Source of the DNA: Eledone cirrhosa
Lineage: Eukaryota
DNA length: 64,000 nt
NCBI GenBank assembly: GCA_964016885.1
Contig: OZ024743.1
Coordinates: 114,452,001-114,516,000 of the forward strand
Direction: 5' to 3'
The position numbers were made by a program, and so were the translations under genes. Of this stretch, positions 52,095 to 64,000 are shown in pieces. Within the stretch, counting starts at the first letter, position 1. The number at the start of each line of letters is the position of its first letter. The notes beneath the pieces were generated by a model. The model saw only the letters and a list, made by a program, of their open reading frames with translations, ran no database searches and had not been told where the DNA came from.

Positions 52095-55000
52095 AAAAAT
52101 AAAATAATTATGAAATAATAAAATAATAATAATAAAATAATAATAATAAAATAATAATAATAAAATAATTTAAAAAATAAATTAATAAAAAATTATTAAA
52201 AAAAAAAATTTATAAAAAATATTAATAAAAAAAAAAGTAATAATAAATAAAATAATAATATTATAATAACATAAAAATAAAATAAATACAATAAAATTCT
52301 AATAAAATAAAAATAAAAAATAATAATAAAATAATAAAATAATACTAATAAAATAATAATGAAACAAATATAAAACAATAAAACAATAAAAGAGTAAAAT
52401 AAAACAATTAAAAATAATAAAACAATAATAAAATAATAATAAAACAATAATAAAATAATAAAATAATAAAATAATAAAATAAAACAATAAAACAATAAAA
52501 TAAAATAAAATAATGATGAAATAATATTAAAAAATAATAAAATAAAAAATAATGAAAAAATATAAAAAAAATAAAATAATAATAATAATAAAATAATAAA
52601 AAAATAAAATAAAATAATAAAACAATAAAATAAAATAAAAAAACAAAATAAAATAATAAAAAATAATAAAAAATAATAAAAATAATAAAACAAAAAAATA
52701 ATAAAATATAATAGTAAAACAATAAAATAAAAAATAAAATAAAATAATAAAATAATTAAAAGATAAAACAATAATAAAACAAAAAATAATAAAACAATAA
52801 TAAAACGATAATACAATAAAATAATAAAATAATAAAATAAAATAATAAAATAATAATAATAAAATAATAAAAAAATAAAATAAAATAAAAAAACAAAATA
52901 AAATAATAAAAAATAATAAAACAATAATAAAACAATAAAAAAATAATAAAATATAATAGTAAAGCAATAAAATAGAAAATAAAATAAAATAAAATAATGA
53001 AAAGATAAAACAATAATAAAACGATAATACAATAAAATAATAAAATAATAAAAAAACAATAAAATAATATAATAATAAAAAATAAAATAATATAATAATA
53101 AAACACAATATAATAATAAATTAATAAAATGATAAAATGATAAAAAATAATAAAAAAAATATTAAAAATATAATAATAAAATAATAAAATAATAATAAAA
53201 TAACAAAAATAAAATAATAAAACAATAATAAAATAAAAAAATAAAATAAAATAATAATAAAACTGATAAAATAAAAATGATAAAAAAATAAAAAAAAATA
53301 AAATTCGAATAAAATAATAAAACAATAATAAAACAAAAAAAAACAATATAATAGTAATATAAAACAATAACAAAACAATAAAACAAAATAATAAAATAAA
53401 ATAATAAAATAATTATAAAAAATAATAAAATAATAATAAGATAATAAAGTAGTAAAATAATAAAATAAAAATAAAACAAAAAAGGATATGAGGAAATTAT
53501 AATAATAAAATAACAAAGAAAAATATAAGGAAAATATAAAACAATAAAAAGTAATAAAACAATAATAATAAAATAATGATAAAATAAAATAATAAAATTA
53601 TAAAATAAAAAATAAATTAATAAAATTATAAAATAAAAAATAAAATAATAATAAAATAAAATAATAATAAAATATGAAAATATGAAAATAAAAATAGAAT
53701 AATGATAAAATAATAATATAATGAAAATATAATAATAAAATAATATAACAATCAAAAATAATAAAACAATAATACAATAAAATAATTAAATAATAATATA
53801 GTAATAAAAAAAATAAAATGATAAATAATGATTAAATAATCATAAAATAATGAAATAATAAAATAAATCAATAACAAAATAAATAAATAAAATAATAAAA
53901 AAAATAAAAAAAATAAAAATACAATAAAATAATAATAAACAAAGATAAAATAATAAAAAAAAAATAATAAAACAAAAAAATAAATAAATAAAATAAAATA
54001 AAATAAAATAAAATAAAAAACACAATAAAATAATAAATTATGATAAACTAAAATAAAATAATAATAATAGAATAAAATAATTAAAAAAATAAAATAATAA
54101 AATAAAATAATAAATTAACAAAATAATACAATAATAAAATAAATAAAAAAATAAATAATAAAATAATAAAATTCTAATAAAATATTAATAAAACAATAAT
54201 GAAAAATAATAAAATAATAATGAAATAATAAAAAATTAATAATAAAATAAAAAATTAATGAAAAAATATAAAAAAAAAATAATAATAATAATAAAATAAT
54301 ATAATAATAAAACAATAAAATAATATAATAATAAAATAAAACAATATAATAAATTAATAAAATGATAAAATAAAGATGAAATAAAATAATAAAAAATAAA
54401 AAAATAGTAAAATTATAATAAAATATTAATAACATAAAATAATAATAAAATAAAATAATAAAATAATAAAATAATAAAATAAAATAAAATAAAATTCTAA
54501 TAAAATAATAAAATAAAATAAAACAAAAATAAAATAAAAAAATAAAATAATAATAAAACTGATCAAATAATAAAAAAATAATGCAATAAAAAAATAAATG
54601 ATAAAATAATAAAATTTTAATAAAATAATAAAACAATAATAAAACAATAAAAAACAATATAATAGTAAAATAAAACAATAAAAACAATAAAAAACAAAAC
54701 AATAAAATAATAAAATGATAAAATAATAATAAAACCATAAAAAAACAATAAAAAACAATAAAACAATAAAATAATAAAAATATAAAATAAAATAATTATA
54801 AAATAATAATAAAATAGTAAAATAATAAAAAAATAAAATAAAAAAATAAAATAATAAAATAAAATAATGATAACAATAATAAAACAATAATAAAATAATA
54901 AAATAGTAAAATAATAAAATTAAAATAAAATAATAAAAAAATATAAGGAAAATATAATAATAAAACAATAATAAATAAAACAATAATAAATAAATAAAAA

Positions 55001-58000
55001 TATAATGATAAAATAATGATAAAATAAAATAATAATAAAATAATAAAATAAAAAATAAAATAAAAAATAAAATAAAATAAAATACTAATAATAAAATAAA
55101 ATAATAAAAGAAATTTCATAAAATAGTAAAACAAGAAAATAAAAATATAATAAAATAATAACATAATAAAAAGATAATAATAAAATAATAAAACAATGAA
55201 AAATAAAACAATAATAAAACAATAATACAATAAAATAATAAAATAATGATATAGTAATAAAAAAAATAAAATGATAAGTTAATGAGTAAATAATAATAAA
55301 ACAATGAAATAAAATAAATCAATAACAAAATAAAAAATAATTAAAATAATAAAATTAAATAAATAAAAAAAAAAAAAAATACAAATAAAACAATGATAAA
55401 ATAATAAAAAAAAAAAAATTACAATAAAATAATAATAAAACTGATAAAATAAAATAAAATAATAAAAAAAATAATAAAATAATAATATAAAATAATACAA
55501 TAATAAAATAAATTAAAACAAATAATAAAATAATAAAATTCTAATAAAATTAATAAAACAATAACAAAATAATAAAAGAGTAAAACAATAAAATAATAAA
55601 AAATAAAATAAAATAAAAATAAAATAATTGTTTCTTCTTTAGGCACAAGGCCAGCAAATTACCCAGTGCATTACTGGTACTTTTACTTTATCGACCCCGT
55701 AAGGATGAAAGGCAAAGTCAACCTCGGCGGGATTTGAACTCAGATCGTAAAGGGACGTAACTATGCTGGAAAGCATGGCGTCCGACCCACTACCGATACT
55801 GCCATTCCACCGAAAATAATAATAATAATATAATAATATAATGAAAATATAATAAAACAATAAAATAAAATATATAAATAAAATAAACTAATAAAATAAT
55901 AATAATAAACTAAAAAAATAATATATATAATAAAATGATAAAAAATTGATAAATAATAAAATACAAAAAAATAAAATAAAATAAAATAATAACAAAATAA
56001 AATATAAGGAAAAAAAAAATAAAATAAAAAATAAATTAAAATAATATAATAACAAATAAATAAATAAAATAATAATAAAACAATAAGAAAATAGCAAACC
56101 AATAAAATATAAATAATAATAATAAAATAATATAATGAAAATATAATAATAAAATAATAAAGCAATAATAAAACATTAATAAATCAAAATATAATAATAA
56201 AATAATAAAATAAAATAAAACAATAATAAAACAAAATAAAATAATAAAATAATAAAATAATAAAATAATAAAATAATAAAATAAGATAAAAAATACAATA
56301 ATATAATAATAAAACAATGATAAAATAATATAATATAATAAAATAATATAATACAATAAAATAAAAAAATATTAAAAAAATATAAAATGAAATAATAAAA
56401 TAAAATAATAATATTAGAATAAAATAATAACATAAAAAATAATAAATTAACAATAAAATAATAAAATCCTAATAAAATACTAATAAAACATTAATAAAAC
56501 ATTAATAATATAAAATAATAAAATAATAAAATAACAAAATAAAATAAAATACAATAAAAAACAAAACAATAATAAAACAATAATAATAAAATAAAAGTAT
56601 AAAATAATGATAAAGTAATAAAATAAAATAAAATAATAAAATAAAATAAAATAAAATAATAAAATAAAATAAAATAAAATAATAATAAAATAATTAGTCA
56701 ATAACAGAATAAAAAAATAAAAAAATAATAAACCAATAACAAAATAAAATAATATAATAAAATAAAATAAAATAAAATAAATAATAAAAATAACAAAAAA
56801 GCAACAACTAATAAAATGAAAATAAAAAAAATTTGAAAATACAATAAAATATTGCATTTTTAATACAACGATAAAACAATAATTAAAAAAAAAAAAAATA
56901 ATAAAATAAATAAAATAAAATAATAGAATAAAATAAAATAATAAAATATAATAAAATATTTGTTTCTACTTTTGGCACAAGGCCAGCAATTATCCCAGTG
57001 TATTACTGGTACTTTATTTTATCGACCCTGTAAGGATGAAAGGTAAAGTTAACCACTGCTGGATTTGAACTCAAATCATAGAGTGAGGTAACTCTATGCT
57101 TCAAAGCATGGCGTCGGACCCTATAATAAAGTAACAATAAAATAATAAAAATCTAATAAAATACTAAAGTGTTAATAAAAAATGATAAAATAATAAAATA
57201 TTAAAACAATAAAATAATAAAATAATAAAATATTAAAATAATAATAAAATAAGAAAACAATAATAAAACAATAATAATAAACTAATAATGAAATGATAAA
57301 AAGTAAAATAAATAAAATAAAATAAAATAAAAATAAATACAATAAAATAAAATAATAATAAAATAAAATAAAATAAAATAATAAAATAATGATAAAATAA
57401 TAAAATAATAATAAAACAATAATAAAATAATAAAATAGTAAAACAATAAAATAATAAAATAAAATAAAATAAAATAAAATAATTGTTTCTACATTTGGCA
57501 CAAGGCCAGCAATTATTCCAATGCATTACTGGTACTTTATTTTATCGACCTCGTAAGGATGAAAGGCAAAGTTAACCTCGCTGGGATTGAACTCAGAATG
57601 GCAAGGGCCGTAACTCCATACGTCAAAGCATAGCGTCCGACCCACTACCGATACGGCCAAAAAATAATATAACGAAAATATAATTAAAAAAAAAAAAATG
57701 AAATAAAATAATAAAATAATAAAATAACAAAATAAAAAAATAAAACAATAATAAGACAATAAAACAGAATAATAAAATAATAAAAATAATAGATTAAAAT
57801 AATTTAATAATAAAATAAAATGAAATAATTAATTAAAATGAAATATAATAAAATAATAAAAATAAAAAAAACAAAATAATAATAAAAAAATTTTTTTTTT
57901 AAATAAAAAAATCTAATAAAATAATAGTGATAAAACAATAATAAAAAAAATAAAAAATAAAATAAAATAAAATAAAATAAATTAATAATAGAAAATAATA

Positions 58001-59992
58001 AAATTTTAAAATAAAATAAAAATAAAAAAGATAAATAAATTAAAATAAAATAAAATAAAATAAAATAAAATAAAATAAAATATTAAAATAATAAATTAAA
58101 AATAAAATAATAAAAATCTAATAAAATTCTAATAAAAAATTAATAAAATAATAAAACAATAATAAAAGAATATTAATAAACTAATAATAAAATATTGATA
58201 AAATAAAATAATAAAATAATGAAATAAAATAAAATATTTAAAATAATAAAATAAAATAAAATAATAATAAAATAATAATAAAATAATAAAATAAAAATAA
58301 AATAATAAGCCAATACCCCCCAAAAAAATAATAAAATAAAATAATGAAAATAAAATGAAATAATAATAAAATGAAAATAAATACAATAAAATAATATAAT
58401 AATAAATAAAATAATAAAATTATAAAATCATGATAAAAAAATAAAATAATAATAAAACAATAATAAAATAGTAAAACAATAAAATAAAAGTAAAATAAAA
58501 TAAAATAATATAATGAAAATATAATAATAAAATAAATTAAAAAATAAAATAAAATAATAAAATTCTAAAATAATAATAAAACAATAAAACAATAATAAAA
58601 TAAAATAAAATAATACAAAATAATAAAATAATAAAACAAAATAATAAAATAATAAAATAATAAAATAATAAAATGAAATAATAAAAATATAAAATAAAAT
58701 AAAATAAAATAAAATAAAAAAAAAACAATAATAAAACAAAATAATAAAATAATGAAATAATAGAAAATAATATAATAATAAAATAAAATAAAATAATAAA
58801 ATAAAAAAACAACAAAAATTAGAAAATGAAATAAAATAATAATACAATGATAAAACAATAAAAAAATAATAAAATAAAATAATAAAATGAAATATAATTT
58901 TAAAATAAAAATAAAATAAAAAAAAAATAAAATAAAATAAAATAATAGAATAAAGTAAAATAAAATATAATAATAAAAACATAAAATAATAAAATAATAA
59001 ATTAACAATAAAATAATAAAATTCTAATAAAATTCTAATAAAATATTAATAAAAAATAATAAAATAATAAAATAGTAAAACAATAAAATAATAAAATAAT
59101 AAAATAATAATAATAAAATAAAATAAAATTATGAAATAATAGGTCAATTACAAAAAAAAATAAAATAATAAAAATAAAATAAAAAATAAAATAAATAAAA
59201 TAAAATAATAAAATAATAATAAAATAATAAAATAACATAATAAAATAAAATAAAATCATAAAATAATGATAAAATAATAAAATAATAATAAAACAATAAT
59301 AAAACAATAATAAAATAATAAAATATAAAACAATAAAATAATAAAATATAATAAAATAAAATAAAAATAAAATAAAATAATAATTGTTTCTACTTTTGGC
59401 ACAAGGCCAGCAATAACCAGTCCAATACTGATATTTTAAATTATAAAATAATTAAAATTGATGATAAAATAAAATAATAGTATAAAATAATAAATTTAAA
59501 AAATAAAATAAAATAAAATAAAATATTAAAATAAAATAATAAAAAAAATTAAAATAGTAAAACAATAAAATAAAAATATAATAATAATATAATATAATGA
59601 AAATATCATAAAATAATAAAATAATAATAAAGCAATAATACAATAAAATAAGAAAATATCAATAATAAAATAATAAAATAATAAAATAATAAAATAAAAT
59701 AAATAATAATAAAATAATAAAACAATAACAAAATAGAAATATAAAATAATAAAATAATACTAAAATAAAAAAAAAAATAAAATAATAAAATAAAAAAAAA
59801 TGAAATAAAATAATACAATAATAAAATATATAAAAAATAAAATAAAATAAATAATAAAAATACAAAATAATAAAACGATAAAATCATAAAATAATAAAAT
59901 AATAAAATAATAAAATAAAATAATTATAAAATAATAAATTAATAAATAATAAAATAATAAAACAGTAAAATAAATTAATAATAAAAAATAAT

Positions 59993-60023
<31 letters not shown>

Positions 60024-60895
60024 TAAAAATAAAATAAAATAAATATATAATAATAATAAAATAATAAAACTAATAAATCAATAATAAAATAATAATAAAA
60101 TAAATAAATAAAATAATAATAAAATAATGATATAATAATAAAATAATAAAATTATAATAAATAAAATAATTTAAAAAATAAATAATAAAATAATAAAATT
60201 CTAATTAAATAATAATAAGCATAATAAAACAATAAAAGCATAATAAAAGCATAATAAAACAATAAAACAATAAAATAATAGGTAAATAATAAATTGATAA
60301 AACATATTAAAACAAAAAATAAAATAAAAAAATTAAATAATAATATAATAAAACAATAAAACTAATAAAACAATAATAAAATAAAATAATAAAACAATAA
60401 AAAATAAAACAAAATAAAACAAAACAAAACAATGAAATAATAAAATAAACAATAAAATAAAATAAAATAATATAATTATAATATAATAAAACAAAAAAAA
60501 AATAAAATAAAATAATAAAATAATAAAATTAAAAATAATAGTATAATAATAAAGCGATAAAATAATAAAATAATATAATACAATAAAAAAAAAATAAAAA
60601 AAAAAAAAAATAAAATAATAATACAATAATAAAATAATAAAACGATATAATAAAATAACAAAACGATAAGGAAATAATTGTTTCTACTTTAATTACCCAG
60701 TGTATTACTGGTACTTTATTTTATCGACCCCGTAAGGATGAAAGGCAAAGGTAACCTCGGCGGGATTTGAAATCAGAATGGCAAGGGCCGTAATTCTATG
60801 CGTCAAAGCATGGAATCCGACCCTCTACCGATACTACCAAATAATGAAAATAATAAAATAAAATAAAAAAATATATATATAAATAAATATATATT
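52095..60895. repeat. ~8.8 kb A-rich low-complexity tract (AAT/AAAAT/AAC-based) containing five same-orientation SINE pieces
   Basis: Almost G/C-free, A-dominated plus strand; minus-strand SINEs at ~55625-55812, 56960-57122, 57480-57660, 59380-59425 and 60673-60840. Confidence 0.95.
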
Positions 60896-61492
60896 AGTAC
60901 GGCTGTTACTTAAATATAAGTATGTTCACGTACATACATATATGTATACAGACGTACAGTAACTTTTACATAAACACATATGAACACTATATATATATAT
61001 ATACACATGCACACACACACACATACACACACACATATATACATACATACATATATATATATATACACACCTACACAAATACATACAAAACTACATACAG
61101 CATATATACGCGCACATTCTCACTCACACGCATACACACATATATATATATGCATATATATATATATACATACATACATACACATATATGATTACATACA
61201 TAGACAAATACATATTCGCTCACATATACATACGCAAATACACTTATATGCATATAACAAAACAACATATACTCGCCGATGCACACATATACACACGTAT
61301 TTACACATACTCATACACACAGAGGCAAATATATATATATATATACATAAATCATTTATATACTCATATATATATATATATCTATATATCATATATACAA
61401 CATACAAGAGTTAAAGTATATCATTTTTAAGTAGCTGGTTTAGTCCTAAATGTCTTGAAATATTTAGTTTGATTACACGAGGTCCTGAACCT

Positions 61493-61528
<36 letters not shown>

Positions 61529-62239
61529 GCACGCACTCACACACACACATATATACATACACACGTGCGCGTGTTTTTATCTCTATGTGTACTTTTACGT
61601 CTGTGTGCGTGCGATTTGTGTCGGCGCAACTCCACCAAATGTTCAAGAATTTCACTCTGAAATCATGTGATCCGAGCTTCAACGTCATTAAACATACCCT
61701 AGCGTCGACGAAACCCCTGTTAGTGAAAGTGTCTAGCATACTATGTAGATACCCACCTGTTGTATTAATTCAAACCCCCCTCTTTATCATATACCGTGTT
61801 AACGTGTCACATATACCCCACCACACACAATATCATACACCATGTCAAATACAATGTCACAACCCTTGTCACACACCGTATTACATACGTTTGAGATTGT
61901 GTCACATGCCCGTGTCACATCAAGTATCATATTCGTATTACATACCAGATGCTGCTGATTGTATCTGAGGTTTCCGTTGAGAGTTCACGGTCATCTCTTT
62001 ACATTATAATTCAATGCGCAGGTACTCTAGTCGATGGAAGATCTGAATATTCAACGCCAAAAACCGACAGCGATTCCTTTACTTTACTTATATATGTGTA
62101 TGCATTTAGGTGTGTGTTTCTGTATATAACACTTGGTTCACCCTCTATTATCTTTCTATCCAATGTTTAATTTCGATGTGTGATAAGGTTTTGTGATAAA
62201 CTTTTGAACTATCATAAAGGTATGGAATAACCTTAATAT

Positions 62240-62452
62240 ATAATTATTTCTAGCATTGACACAAGACCAGCAATTTGGAAGAAAGGAAGTCAAATATATT
62301 GATCCCAGTGCTTAGCTGTTACTTTATTTTATCAACCCTGGAAAGACAAAAGGAAAATTTAACCTCGACAGGATTTGAACTCAGAACGCAAAAATCGTAA
62401 CAAAATACAGCAAATGATTTTGTCTGACACTAACAATACTGCCAATCCATCG
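62240..62452 (-). mobile_element. Diverged tRNA-SINE (19351 family)
   Basis: ACTTTATTTTATCAACCC..AACCTCGACAGGATTTGAACTCAGAACG..ATACTGCCAATCCA. Confidence 0.75.
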
Positions 62453-63499
62453 TATTTCAAACTCCTACCTTTATATTCGATGTTTCTCGATACGTGAAAA
62501 CTTTTTATGTGAGAACTTATTATGTGATAACATTTTGACATCCTAAGTTATTGGATAAGATAATTCCAATAATATCCACGACATTTCCTCGATAAACTAC
62601 TCATGAAGGATTTGCTTCTAGTCAATTTGCTTATCATTATTTTTTGTTTGCAATAATATCCTTGTGTTAGAGGTTAACGAAAAACAAAGAACGTAAAATA
62701 TTGAGGGAAATTGATAAGTTTCTTTCGATTATAATTTCGATATATTTGAACAGAGAAGAAAACAATATGAAATTGTGTCTAAAGCACACGGGGAATAAGC
62801 TCACAAACGAGTTTCTTACTGCTTGTTCATTATGCTAGTAATAGCAATAATATACCTTTCATATCCCTCCTACAGTATAGCAAAAATATGAAGCGCACAT
62901 TAGTTAATGTAGTTCTGGATATAACATATCTGAAATTAAGAGACAGTATAATTTATTGACGTACGTCCACTTAATCATAGCTTATCTGGAGCGAAGCACT
63001 ACCATCACCAACAACAGAAGCAGCATCAGTCATGGCCGGATCTAAACCTGGGTAAGGCACTTCAGGTTTAGGAGGCCCCTCATACATTAAAAATTAAAAT
63101 ACACAACAAACCCCCAATTTTACATACGAAGGTTGGCTTTGTGCAAGTATTGGAATTGAAATGTTTTATATACTGGTATTAAATATAAAAAAATATAACC
63201 ATCCTCATTTTATGTCCACTTTCCACAATAACATGTGTTGGACGGGCTGTCAAAGTCCGATATCAGATATTTGATTAATTTCACAGAGTAAGGACATTAA
63301 ATGAAATGCTGTTAAAAATAATGGTTCTCGTCAAAGGAATAAAACTAAAATATATGACCTTCGCTGGTGGGGCCGCCTGCTGCGGGAGCTGGATGCATTA
63401 GCCCCATCTCCCCTCCATTTAAGCCGATATTGTTTAAAGCGATAATATTGCTAAAACTTTGGCAAGTATATGAGTATAAGGACGCTTTCAAAACAATAA

Positions 63500-64000
63500 T
63501 ATGTTGAATGAATGTCAAGAATGAACCATCTCCTTAATACCTTGGTGTAACATTGGATCGAGGCCTGGCCTACTGAAAGCATCTAAAAGGGGGTTGTCGC
63601 CAAGCTCAAGACCAGGATTAATATCATCCATAAGTTGGCAGGAAAGAGCTGGGGGCCTGATGCACACACACTCCGAACTGCGTGCTTATCACTTGCCTAC
63701 TCAGTTGAGGAGTACTGTTCACCGGTCTAGGCAGGGAGCTGCCATGCCAAGCAAGTTGACACCATCCTTAACTCAGCAATGAGAATAGTATCTGGTACAA
63801 TGAAATACTTCTTCTCGCATGTGTCATCAGGAGATGATCGTGAAACAGCACTTCTTACTAAGTCCAAGCCAGACTTCCCATCCACGAAGACCTGGAAAGC
63901 ATTCCCAGCATGTGCTTGAATTCACATAAACCATTCTGGGAATCAATGAAGACCCTTAAGCTACTAACTTTCATCTGAAGGAAGAGTGGTTAAGATCATG
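63500..64000 (+). pseudogene. Decayed non-LTR retrotransposon RT C-terminal region (Ingi/Vingi-like), running off the window
   Basis: P*YLGVTLDRGLAY*KHL; KLKTRINIIHKLAGKSWG; TLRTACLSLAYSVEEYCSPV; VDTILNS.MRIVSGTMK. Confidence 0.72.

Noticed and set aside
52196-60661. Many F/Y/I/L-rich ORFs resembling membrane or mitochondrial proteins
   Set aside because: Translation artefacts of T-rich low-complexity sequence; they occur in all three frames
63365-63420. GC-rich TGGGGC...GCCCCA stem upstream of the Vingi-like remnant as an HDV-like ribozyme
   Set aside because: Could not assemble P2/P3/P1.1/P4; only one stem visible

Overview
AT-rich, microsatellite-dense eukaryotic DNA with no recognisable host gene. 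The repeat content suggests an invertebrate, plausibly a cephalopod such as Octopus (inference only). The window is a mosaic of mobile elements: (i) at least six decayed Penelope-like retroelements (PLEs; RT + GIY-YIG) or their pseudo-LTRs from several families, nearly all embedded in (TA)n and most ending in a minimal type-I hammerhead ribozyme (HHR); (ii) many tRNA-derived SINEs; (iii) RTE, Vingi-like, CRE-like, mariner, hAT-MITE and Helitron relics; (iv) an ~8.8 kb A-rich low-complexity tract. The stand-out object is 44135-48600: a non-coding 469-bp tandem repeat in which every unit carries an intact type-I HHR (10 copies), folds into many hairpins and has an ATGCAAAT octamer. It is arranged as a ~4.4 kb head-to-head palindrome inside (TA)n, the same geometry as the local PLE insertions. 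It looks like a retrozyme or viroid-like circular-RNA concatemer integrated by a PLE, and a diverged relative lies at 34019-35915. Most ORF-track entries are microsatellite or low-complexity artefacts.
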